A stretch of DNA of 63,705 nucleotides, counting the filler, from Octopus bimaculoides (lineage: Eukaryota): assembly GCF_001194135.2 (NCBI RefSeq). It is 7 parts of 6 records of this genome, joined end to end, with 100 filler letters (N's around TTAATTAATTAA, not from the genome) between each part and the next. Parts side by side here need not be neighbours in the genome. Positions count along the whole stretch, not along the records: positions 46,243 to 55,380 come from NC_068996.1; positions 55,481 to 57,626 come from NC_068996.1; positions 57,727 to 59,805 come from NW_026416555.1; positions 59,906 to 62,544 come from NC_069002.1; positions 62,645 to 63,705 come from NC_068986.1; 2 more parts are not named here. One strand, 5' to 3'. The translations under genes were made by a program, and so were the position numbers. Each line of letters begins with the position of its first letter. Position 1 is the stretch's first letter. Of this stretch, positions 53,423 through 63,705 are shown one piece after another. A model generated the notes under the pieces. That model did no database searches. It was not told the origin of the DNA and saw only the letters and a list, made by a program, of their open reading frames with translations.

Positions 53423-53574
53423 TTAAATGGCTAAAGCCACATGTATGTGCATATATTTTCTTCTCATGCCTCCTAAAACATCATTAACTTAAGAAAGCTA
53501 AAATATAAAAGCTAAAGTATAAAAAAAAAAAGAAAATTGATAAATATTGTAAATTAAACCAAGAGAAGACTGTT

Positions 53575-53651
<77 letters not shown>

Positions 53652-53660
53652 TGTGTGTGT

Positions 53661-53691
<31 letters not shown>

Positions 53692-53693
<2 letters not shown>

Positions 53694-53850
53694 GCAGAGG
53701 CATGGTTGTGTGATAAAGATGTTTTGCTTCAGTTTTGGGTTCAGTCCCACTGCATGGCAGCTTGGGCTGGAGTTTTCTACTATGACCCAGGACCAACCAA
53801 AGCCTTATGAATGGATTTGGTAGACAGAAACTGAAAGAACCCATTGTGCA
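53692..53850 (+). mobile_element. SINE family A head (diverged)
   Basis: gggttcagtcccactgcatggcagcttggg...ccaaagccttatgaatggatttggtagacagaaactgaaagaac. Confidence 0.75.
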
Positions 53851-54261
53851 TGTGTGGGAATTTGTGAAAGAGAGAGACCCAGAAAGATATGAAATGAAGT
53901 ATTGAAGGTCAATCACAAAATGCTAAACTTTACGACAGAGGACCAAGATATGTTGGGACATTGCTGTATTTGAGAAGACCTGCCCACCACAACGGAATTG
54001 AGATCCTGAAACCATGGCGACATATAAAAATGTGTTAGTGTGGGTGTTGGTGCCATTTAAAAAACACTTGTGATGGTGCCACATAAAAAGCACTCAGCAC
54101 ACTCTATGGATTGGTTGACATTAGGAAGGGCATCTAGCTGTAGAAATCAAGTCAAAACAGACTAAGGAAGCTTAAACGATGATGATGATGAAATGATGAT
54201 GTAGTAATCCTCCTCTTCCTCTCCCATCTTCTCCTTCTCATTCACTCCCCATCTCCTCCGC

Positions 54262-54500
54262 ATCATCATTATCATCATCCTTCTCCTCTTTCTCTTCATC
54301 ATTGTCATCATCCTTCTCCTCTTTCTCTTCATCATTATCATCATCCTTCTCCTCTTTCTCTTCATCATTATCATCATCCTTCTCCTCTTTCTCTTCANNN
54401 NNNNNNNATCCTTCTCCTCTTTCTCTTCATCATTATCATCATCCTTCTCCTCTTTCTCTTCATCATTATCATCATCCTTCTCCTCTTTCTCTTCATCATT
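54262..54500. repeat. 33-bp minisatellite (about 7 units, with a small gap)
   Basis: Unit TTATCATCATCCTTCTCCTCTTTCTCTTCATCA. Confidence 0.88.
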
Positions 54501-54613
54501 GTCATCAACAGAAGCAATATTAGAAATAGTAGCAGTGGTGTTGGTTGAAGTAGTATTTGCAGTAACAGTTGCAGTTGTAGAGGTGTTTATAGTAGTAGTG
54601 ATGCTGCTGCTGC

Positions 54614-54678
<65 letters not shown>

Positions 54679-55143
54679 AAAGCAGAAGCAGTATCATGTT
54701 CAGCATCAGCTACAAATTTGTATCCTAAATTTAAATGTATAGGAAGGCTATAGGGAGGATTACTACAAGACTATAAGGAGACATTTAGGATCAATGGCAG
54801 GAGATTTAATAAAGAAGTTGTTTAAAGCTTTCATATAAAACTTGTTTTATTGAATTTAATATATCAAGGACATTGAACATTTATTTGAAATTAGATATAT
54901 TGGAAACATGGGTGTATTAGAAAATTAATTCCATTTTCTACATATTTTATGTGTTCGTTGTGAGCTGCCCTACATTAATTAGCCAGTCTCAGGTGTTGTT
55001 TCAAGATTTTATCAAATTTTTCCCCTAATGTAATTTTATTATCAGTTCTTTGGCTTTTCATGGTTTCCATATAATCTGCTGATTAGATAAAAAATATTTT
55101 CCTATTTCCCAAACGATGTGCTATTCTAAGCAATTACTGAATA

Positions 55144-55349
55144 CTCTTTTACTCTTTTACTTGTTTCAGTCATTTGACTGCGACCATGCTGGAGCACCAC
55201 CTTTAGTCGAGCAAATCGACCCCAGGACTTATTCTTTGGAAGTCTAGTACTTATTCTATCGGTCTCTTTTGCCAAACCGCTAAGTTACGGGGACATAAAC
55301 ACACCACCATCGGTTGTCAAGCAATGTTGGGGGGGACAAACACAGACAC

Positions 55350-55352
<3 letters not shown>
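55144..55352 (-). mobile_element. SINE family A, 3' half (runs into a gap)
   Basis: Near-identical to 4250-4440. Confidence 0.88.
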
Positions 55353-55380
<28 letters not shown>

Positions 55381-55534
55381 NNNNNNNNNNNNNNNNNNNN
55401 NNNNNNNNNNNNNNNNNNNNNNNNTTAATTAATTAANNNNNNNNNNNNNNNNNNNNNNNNNNNNNNNNNNNNNNNNNNNNATATATTTAAGAATTTAAGG
55501 AATGGAGAAAACGCATGTTATAATTGCATACTTT

Positions 55535-55620
55535 ATTCCTACATATGTTTCAAAGGATTACAACCTGTGTGATCCATAGGGATCTGTGATATTAAAATTG
55601 TAACCTTCTCTTCAGGGAAT
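55535..55620 (-). ncRNA. Type I hammerhead ribozyme, left arm of inverted pair
   Basis: Minus strand reads ATTCC-CTGAAGA-GAAGG TTACAA...GATCC CTAT GGATC...TTGTAA T CCTTT-GAAAC-ATAT-GTA-GGAAT. Confidence 0.85.
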
Positions 55621-55804
55621 GCATGGGAATCATCTTATGTATGCATGTATGTTTTCACACATTTATATGTATATGTCGTCCAACCCACTATTCGGTAGCG
55701 TCCAATTTTCTAACGGTTTTTTCAAGTGAATCACGTCATAACCTTATCCATCTATTGTTTTCATACTCGGTCATAATGCCTTACGTTTAAGATGATTCCC
55801 ATGC

Positions 55805-55888
55805 ATTCCCTGAAGAGAAGGTTACAATTTTAATATCACAGATCCCTATGGATCACACAGGTTGTAATCCTTTGAAACATGTAGGAAT
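55805..55888 (+). ncRNA. Type I hammerhead ribozyme, right arm of inverted pair
   Basis: ATTCC-CTGAAGA-(same 57-nt stem II)-GAAAC-AT-GTA-GGAAT, with an ACATGT palindrome in helix III. Confidence 0.85.
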
Positions 55889-56005
55889 AAAGTATGCAAT
55901 TATAACATGCGTTTTCTCCATTCCTTAAATTTTTAATTATACTCAAATACCCAAAATTTCAAGGAGTTCCTGCCTTAAAAACAGGAACTACACCACACTT
56001 AAGGG

Positions 56006-57005
56006 TTAGCGACATTTAAGTGGCAACAATACTTCACGATATACTTTGCTTCGCGTGGGGAGACCACAGTGGACACAGTATTCAAGGTGGGGTCGGGCAA
56101 AAGTGGAGAAGAGAAGGATGAAGGTGTGGATAACTCTCGACTGGAAAGTTCTGAGAATCCAGGAACACATTCTGCGGATCATGTCAACTTTACTGTTTAT
56201 ATGAGCGGCCCAGCTTATGTTGTTGTCCACAATTACTCCCAAGTCAATGATATTGTTGGATGCCATGAGAGTTTCACCTGAAGGAAGGAAGTATGGGAGT
56301 TTCAGGGTATCCTCTTTTCCAAAGTGGATTAACTCAAGCTTGTCCTCCTTCAGCAGCATATTATTCTTTTCTGCCAATTGGATGACAGCCAGTAGGTCTG
56401 ACTGAAGGCATATCCGGTCATCCACTTCTGGAGCTTGGAATCATCTGCAATGACTCTAATGTTGCTGTTCTTGATGACGCCAGTAATGTCATTGATGTAG
56501 ATCATAGAAAGAAGTGAGTCCAACACAGTGCCTTGTGGAACACCACTACTGACTTTGGCTGGGCTTGATTTTATTCCTTCGACTAAAACATGTTGGGTTC
56601 TGTATGTCAGGAAACACTTGATCCATTGTAGAAACTTTCCAGAGATAGCAATGCTGGATAGTATTTTCAAGAGAATCTTATCAACCCTGTCAAAGGCCTT
56701 GCTGAGATCAAGGTAGAGGATATCGATGTTGAATCCTTCTCCCAAAGCTCTAAAAACGTCATCAAAGTGATGCAGGAGCTGCGTTAGACAGTTCCTTCCA
56801 TTACGAAACCCATTTTGGTTGGATTTCTGCAGTCTGTTGCTTTCAAGAAAGTGGATTATTCATGATTTCAATACTCTCTCAAATACCTTCATGACATGAG
56901 AAGCGAGTGAGATAGGACGGCAGTTCATTGCAAGGGACTTGTTTCCCTTTTGAAAACTGAGAGAACAGACTGGGACAGAAAGTTTTCATGAATATAGCCA
57001 GCATC
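56006..57005 (-). mobile_element. CR1-clade LINE reverse transcriptase pseudogene fragment
   Basis: RPISLASHVMKVFE, QNGFRNGRNCLTQL, YLDLSKAFDRVD, SGVPQGTVL, IADDSKL, DLGVIVDNNISW and RPHLEYC are present, with frameshifts. Confidence 0.92.
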
Positions 57006-57064
57006 CAGTGAGTTCCTCGAGTGAGATGCAAGCTGGTGTATATATAAATCATAGATATATATAT

Positions 57065-57475
57065 AGGCGCAGGAGTGGCTGTGTGATAAGTAGCTTGCTT
57101 ATCAACCACATGGCTCCGAGTTCAGTCCCACTGCGTGGCACCTTGGGCAAGTGTCTTCTACTATAGCGTCGGGCCAACCAAAGCCTTGTGAGTGGATCTG
57201 GTGGACGGAAACTGAAAGAAGCCCATCGTATATATGTATATATATGTATGTATGCGTGTGTATATCTTTGTGTGTCTGTGTTTGTCCCCCCAGCATCACT
57301 TGACAACCGATGGTCGTGTGTTTACGTCCCCGTAACTTAGCAGTTCGGCAAAAGACTCGATAGAATAAGTACCAGGCTTCCAAAGAATAAGTCCTGGGGT
57401 CGATTTTCTCGACTAAAAAGCGGTACTCCAGCATGGTCGCAGTCAAATGACTTAAACAAGTAAAAGAGTAGAGAG

Positions 57476-57478
<3 letters not shown>
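57065..57478 (+). mobile_element. SINE family A, full length
   Basis: tRNA-like head AGGCGCAGGAGTGGCTGTGTG...GTTCAGTCCC, then CORE-like CCTTGGGCAAGT, an internal microsatellite and an (AAAGAGT) tail. Confidence 0.9.
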
Positions 57479-57502
<24 letters not shown>

Positions 57503-57507
<5 letters not shown>

Positions 57508-57595
57508 CTCACACTCATACCTCAACTTCTTCGCCTCCCACCCTAAGCACACCAAACTCTCTATCCCCTATTCCGAATTCCTCCGTCTACTCAGT
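57503..57595 (+). pseudogene. PLE polyprotein fragment (region C-terminal to RT)
   Basis: Translates TDSHSYLNFFASHPKHTKLSIPYSEFLRL, matching the PLE post-RT motif TD.h.YL...S.HP...K..IP.SQF.RL. Confidence 0.8.
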
Positions 57596-57989
57596 CTCAA
57601 CTCATGGCTCGCCACTTCATCCTACGNNNNNNNNNNNNNNNNNNNNNNNNNNNNNNNNNNNNNNNNNNNNTTAATTAATTAANNNNNNNNNNNNNNNNNN
57701 NNNNNNNNNNNNNNNNNNNNNNNNNNTTACGATCATGATGCTGATACCCTAACCACTAAGCCACGCGCCTCCACACTATACGTTTGTGCATGTATCATGT
57801 ATGTTTGCATAACTTCCATCCAAAGACCATTATTCTTATTACTGTATTTATCGTACATTATATCGGCACAGCTCACTGTGACCTCAAACAATTGACATCG
57901 CCAGTTGGCATCTTTGGGCTGTAACCGGCAGAATAAAATAAGAGCTTTTAAAGAGCATATTCAAAACGCTTCCAATAAAGGAACTTAAA

Positions 57990-58020
<31 letters not shown>

Positions 58021-58119
58021 NNNNNNNNNNNNNNNNNNNNNNNNNNNNNNNNNNNNNNNNNNNNNNNNNNNNNNNNNNNNNNNNNNNNNNNNNNNNNNNN
58101 NNNNNNNNNNNNNNNNNNN

Positions 58120-58418
58120 CTCAGTATGTATGGTCCTTGTTATAAGGTATACGGTAGCAGATAATTCAAAAAGTAAAGCCGTGGTTTAATATATATAAAG
58201 ATAAGAAATGGAACAATAATACCAGTTAGAAGTAGATCATTGGTGTTTAAAAGTCATTTAATAACTCTCATGGTTATTAAATGACTTTAAAACACCAGTG
58301 ATCTACTTCTAACTGGTATTATTGTTCCATTTCTTATCTTTATATATATTAAACCACGGCTTTACTTTTTGAATTATCTGCTACCGTATACCTTATAACA
58401 AGGACCATACATACTGAG
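58120..58418. repeat. Near-perfect palindrome, 146-bp arms, 7-nt loop
   Basis: 58120-58265 versus 58273-58418 with two mismatches; the left arm starts at an N gap. Confidence 0.92.
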
Positions 58419-58470
58419 GTAATTACCAGGAGTGCCTTTGGATACATCTGTCCCTTAGAGGGTTACATAA

Positions 58471-58504
<34 letters not shown>

Positions 58505-58507
<3 letters not shown>

Positions 58508-59195
58508 ATAAAATCTTTATAAGAATTTATCAAGTAGTCAGCGTGAAAAAACCTCATAATGAAAAAAACATCATTTTTTCCACATAAATATATATAATTT
58601 ATATAAGGGCATTAACTATATGGTAGTGCCTCACGCTTAGAGGGACTAAATAAGTCAAAAACTACCAAAAAATAAGCAACATATTTACCGAAAGCGAGGA
58701 AATGCAGCTTTCAAAATTAATCTCCTAAAAACATTTAACTCAACGGTAGACCACTGGTTTCTCAATCAATACAGCAAAACTGTGAAGTAAGCTGCACCTT
58801 TTGTTCATCAGTACACGTATGGTCGAGACACATAAAAATAAACAAGAATCAACATACCACGATGTATCCAACATAACACGATGACTTCTATCCATCACTA
58901 TATATCCGTGAAAGAGATTTGAATTTATCCGGTTGCATCTCAGTAACATGTGCTTATACAGAATGATATTCAGCACTGAATATATTCTAATTATTTATAA
59001 TATAATATAGGATAAAATCTTTATAAGAATTTATCAAGTAGTCAGCGTGAAAAAACCTCATAATGAAAAAAATTTATCATTTTTTCCACATAAATATATA
59101 TAATTTATATAAGGGCATTAACTTATTTTTGGGTAGTTTTTTACTTATTTAGTCCCTCTAAGCGTGAGGCACTACTATATAGTTAATACCCTTAT

Positions 59196-59210
<15 letters not shown>
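58505..59210. repeat. Two AGGATAAA family copies, the second ending in an inverted piece of the first
   Basis: 58505-58617 is near-identical to 59009-59123, and 59122-59210 is the reverse complement of 58588-58676. Confidence 0.85.
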
Positions 59211-59226
<16 letters not shown>

Positions 59227-59960
59227 AGTCCGCACATGAGATCCAGAGATTCCCAGAATAGAAGACAGCAGTACTCAAAAAGATTCAAAGTGAGTCTCCG
59301 AAGTCTACAGGGGATTGATTCCACTGGATAAAGAGTGGCTGTAAGAGGGACAAAGTTGGGCGGATACAGAGGCAATTATGCAGATAAGCACATTACATTA
59401 TATTAAATATAAGATAATAGTTTGGGAATGAAACACAAAATATGTACATATGTATATGTGAAAAACGAGAGAAAGCAAAAGTATGGAGACTTTAAGTACA
59501 GATATACTGATATTTGTATTAGTAAATCCAACTTACACAGAGTACAAACGTCATAGAAAATCAAAGAAAGGTGTTACAAGTCCAACAGCTGTTTCTCTGG
59601 GTTTGGAGATCCATGATAATGTTGGTAGATGTAGTTCATCTCGATATGCGACCGTAATGGATATAATCAACAAAGGATAATACGCGCCTCCGTCCATTTA
59701 ATTTTCTTTGTCGTTTCTATTCTGTGTCAGTTGGATCTATTAATATAGATATCAATATATTTGTATTTAAATAAATTTAAATATTCATCGTCTGAAAATC
59801 ACCATNNNNNNNNNNNNNNNNNNNNNNNNNNNNNNNNNNNNNNNNNNNNTTAATTAATTAANNNNNNNNNNNNNNNNNNNNNNNNNNNNNNNNNNNNNNN
59901 NNNNNATACACATACATTCATACATGACTATCCAAGTTGAGTCACTGAAACGGGAAAAAT

Positions 59961-60047
59961 GTAGGCTAGATACGTTTTGATAACAAGCTGAAGTTCATGA
60001 TACAATTGTTATCGAATGAATCGTATCATGACTAATCATCAGGCTTA
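59961..60047 (-). ncRNA. Possible highly degenerate hammerhead
   Basis: Minus strand reads TAAGC-CTGATGA-[9-bp TCATGATAC/GTATCATGA hairpin]-AAAAC-GTAT-CTA-GCCTA, with three or more departures from consensus. Confidence 0.25.
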
Positions 60048-60298
60048 GTTTACCTGAAGGATTTTCTATATCAACTGCAGAATCGTGGTGAGTTCATCTC
60101 GGTAGTTGATCACTGAGCTGTATAGAAGCCATCAGCTTGTTGAATTTCTTCGTAACTTCTATATGGGATCAAGTCTGTAAACATCCCGAGGTCAATACAT
60201 TGTTATTGTATCCGATTATTGATCATTATTTCTGCCGCGCTTACTGCTCTGCATGAAGCTTACAAAAACCCTACACTCGGATCTCTGGATCGTATATG

Positions 60299-60333
<35 letters not shown>

Positions 60334-60896
60334 NNNNNNNNNNNNNNNNNNNNNNNNNNNNNNNNNNNNNNNNNNNNNNNNNNNNNNNNNNNNNNNNNNN
60401 NNNNNNNNNNNNNNNNNNNNNNNNNNNNNNNNNNNNNNNNNNNNNNNNNNNNNNNNNNNNNNNNNNNNNNNNNNNNNNNNNNNNNNNNNNNNNNNNNNNN
60501 NNNNNNNNNNNNNNNNNNNNNNNNNNNNNNNNNNNNNNNNNNNNNNNNNNNNNNNNNNNNNNNNNNNNNNNNNNNNNNNNNNNNNNNNNNNNNNNNNNNN
60601 NNNNNNNNNNNNNNNNNNNNNNNNNNNNNNNNNNNNNNNNNNNNNNNNNNNNNNNNNNNNNNNNNNNNNNNNNNNNNNNNNNNNNNNNNNNNNNNNNNNN
60701 NNNNNNNNNNNNNNNNNNNNNNNNNNNNNATATATGTATGTGTATATGTATGTATATATAGAGTTTGAAGTGGTGTACAGATATTGTAAATGAAGAAAAA
60801 GGAAGCAGTCAGAATGTGCTTACATACACACACACACACACACATATACACATATATATGCATACACACACGCACATATATATATACATGCACACA

Positions 60897-60956
<60 letters not shown>

Positions 60957-61853
60957 CACACACATGCACGTGAAAAGATTTGTTTGTAGGCGGTTACTTA
61001 CTGCACGATGATCCAAAGACGGATGTATGTTTATTGCAAGACGAGAACAGAGCTAGCGGCATTAGAACAAGAATCCGTAGGGGGTGATGGCACTGGCTGG
61101 GTTAAACCTACACTATATTTACATATCTGTTGGTTGTATGCGTGTGCGTGTGAATTATGTTTGAAGCATTTTTTTTTCGTAGTTTGTATATATCTTTTAA
61201 AACTTTTTTTTTTAGTTTTGTTATATATCCATTTATTGTATAATGGACAGGTGGTTAGAAACATTGTGTGTGGTGTGAGGTTAGTTGGGCTGCTATTTTT
61301 GGCCTGACGAACCACCAGTACTTTGAGCCCTCCACTTTGGTTCATCTTGAAAGTAGGTGAAGCTGGTGGACACAGAACAAATGTCACAAACAAAGACTAG
61401 TCTAACGTAACAGGTAGACAAGGTACATGTTTCGGAAGTTTTTGTTTCAATGGTATAGCCAGTGGCGGAGGAGTAGTATGCAAGAATACTTCTCAGGTAC
61501 TTCCGGTTCCGGTAAGAGAAAAGGGATGAAAACCTGATAACATGGTCTGGATATTTCTAAAAAGAACCTTGTTGAATATGGAGGAATATCAGATCAGATG
61601 GCATAAAACTGAACTGAAGATTAAGTTAACCGCTTCAAGACAAATTCTCGTATTTTCTTTTTCTTTATCTACGCAGTTTCGCAGAGAACGTCGATGACTA
61701 TGGTACAGAGCTCTCATCAAAAGTGTCGAGCAGAGCAAAGAGATCGAACTTTAAACAAACTGAAAGCAAAGCGAATTTCATAACCAAACAACCATAAAAA
61801 CAAGTCTTTGGATATACAAGTTAACTTGTTGTGCTAGATATTTCTGAGAATGT

Positions 61854-61894
<41 letters not shown>

Positions 61895-62095
61895 ACATAC
61901 TGTGCTAAAATCATGACACACAGGTTACTGACGTCAAACGATAATTACCAAAATTGAGTTCCATATGCATGACTAACTCCTCTATGACATATTCTAGAAT
62001 TTTGGGATGATTTTAAAAAAGATTTTACCTTTTACTCTGTGATGAGTGAAGAGATATGCAATAATGCTAACTTCTCCATAGATGTAAATGAAATA

Positions 62096-62128
<33 letters not shown>

Positions 62129-62162
62129 TGTATGTATGTATGTATATGTATATCATTCTTCA

Positions 62163-62411
62163 GTGGAGGCGCAATGGTCCAGTGGTTAGGGTAGCGGACT
62201 CGCGGTCATAGGATCGCGGTTTCGATTCCCAGACCGGGCGTTGTGAGTGTTTATTGAACGAAAACACCTAAAGCTCCACGAGGCTCCGGCAGGAGATGGT
62301 GGCGAACCCTGTTGTACTCTTCCACCACACCTTTCTCTCACTCTTACTTCTTGTTTCTGTTGTGCCTGTAATTCAGCCTTGTCACACTCTGTGTCACACT
62401 GAATCTCCCCG
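62163..62411 (+). mobile_element. SINE family B, 3'-truncated
   Basis: Head and body align to other family B copies. Confidence 0.88.
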
Positions 62412-62479
62412 ACATTTTACACGTATTCAAACAGGCAGGCAACATACCATTGTGTACACCCACACATACACTGTTGTAG

Positions 62480-62544
<65 letters not shown>

Positions 62545-63664
62545 NNNNNNNNNNNNNNNNNNNNNNNNNNNNNNNNNNNNNNNNNNNNTTAATTAATTAA
62601 NNNNNNNNNNNNNNNNNNNNNNNNNNNNNNNNNNNNNNNNNNNNTATACATATAAACATATACATATATATATATATATATTTTTAAAAAATGACGTTGA
62701 CCACTAACGTGGACAATTAATGTGCTAGAAATAGATCACATCTTGTGTCTATTAAGACCTAAATTGTTCTCAACATGAAATATAGCAGCATACCGAAACG
62801 TGAGCGGGCAAGACATTTAAAATCACCTAAAAAGCATTCTTAAACAGGAACTGGTTTCGGATTTAACAAATCTTACCATTTGTCCATTCCTCTTCAGCCT
62901 GATTTGTAATGTAACCGCAATCATCAGAATCGTATACAGAGTTGCCCACCGCCATGGGTGCGCGTGCATATGGTTCTGCTAATTACAGCTTAATGGTAAA
63001 ATTCAAAAGTCTTCGTTTTGGCGCGCTAATTCCAGGAATATATCTGTACATACATATATTCATACATACATACATACACATGCAAACACATACAAACTTA
63101 TATCTGTATTGGTTCTTATATTTATGCCTTTTAAACTGAAAACCTATATAAGAGTACAACTGTATTCCCACAGATCATGGTTCCGCTTGCATTAGCCAAT
63201 AGGAGTGTACGTATGGTTGTGTATGTGTGTGTTTGTCTGCAAGTTTCTCTTTTCCTACTTCTATATGTTTAATACTATGTATGTGTAAGTGTTCCTTCGT
63301 GTGCGTAAGGAGTATATTGTGTGTATATATATATGTGTACAACATTTAGGAGATTCAGAATTGGTTATAGATAAACAATTTTCACATTCTTGCTACCGAT
63401 GATACGGAAATGTCAATGTGTGTAAGTTGTGATTAGATGTGCGTTCGTGTGTGTGTGTGTGTGTGAGAGAGAGTGTGTGCGCGTGCGTATTTGCACGCAT
63501 GTATATTTTTGCGTGTTTGTGTAAGAATAGTTGATTTATCTCAAGACAAACATAGAAAAGGGCACACTTGGTATATCACTCAAGAAAGGTTTAATTAGAT
63601 ACGCTTATACTTATAGACATAAATACGTACATACATACACATACATACATATGTATATATGTAT

Positions 63665-63705
<41 letters not shown>

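Larger units (their letters stand above)
55487..55936. repeat. Inverted repeat with arms of about 150 bp, each carrying an HHR
   Basis: 55487-55637 versus 55788-55936 differ by one substitution and a 2-nt indel; the spacer is about 150 bp. Confidence 0.92.

Noticed and set aside
57805-57840. Minus-strand RIMV / LDGS resembling the USP first strand
   Set aside because: The two parts are in different frames with stops nearby and no splice donor.
61425-61500. GAAAC-AT-GTA with distant CTGAGAA on the minus strand
   Set aside because: Stem I arms do not pair and the core is non-canonical.
16545-61936. TGACGTCA (CRE) octamers at about 16545, 41871 and 61929
   Set aside because: An 8-mer alone, with no mapped transcription start, does not support a regulatory call.

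Overview
AT-rich, microsatellite-dense, gapped eukaryotic genomic DNA. The SINE and microsatellite repertoire looks like an octopus genome; this is inference, not verified. Almost all ORFs in the supplied track are microsatellite or N-gap artefacts. The one recognisable host gene is a minus-strand universal stress protein (UspA/USP family). Two spliced coding exons are visible (52788-52676 and terminal 50181-49978); its 5' exon(s) were not found. The rest is transposable-element debris: four tRNA-type SINE families, Tc1/mariner copies and MITEs, piggyBac-like and Tigger-like MITEs, CR1 and RTE LINE fragments, and Penelope-like element (PLE) fragments (a GIY-YIG piece and a post-RT piece). The most striking signal is about 14 type I hammerhead ribozyme (HHR) motifs, intact to degenerate. 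Five have canonical cores, including an inverted pair with a long structured stem II that may lie in a USP intron. One family (five copies, one truncated) carries a non-canonical U at core position 6 (CUGUUGA). Several fold-back inverted repeats sit near these PLE-type ends. Six 44N-TTAATTAATTAA-44N blocks are scaffolding artefacts.
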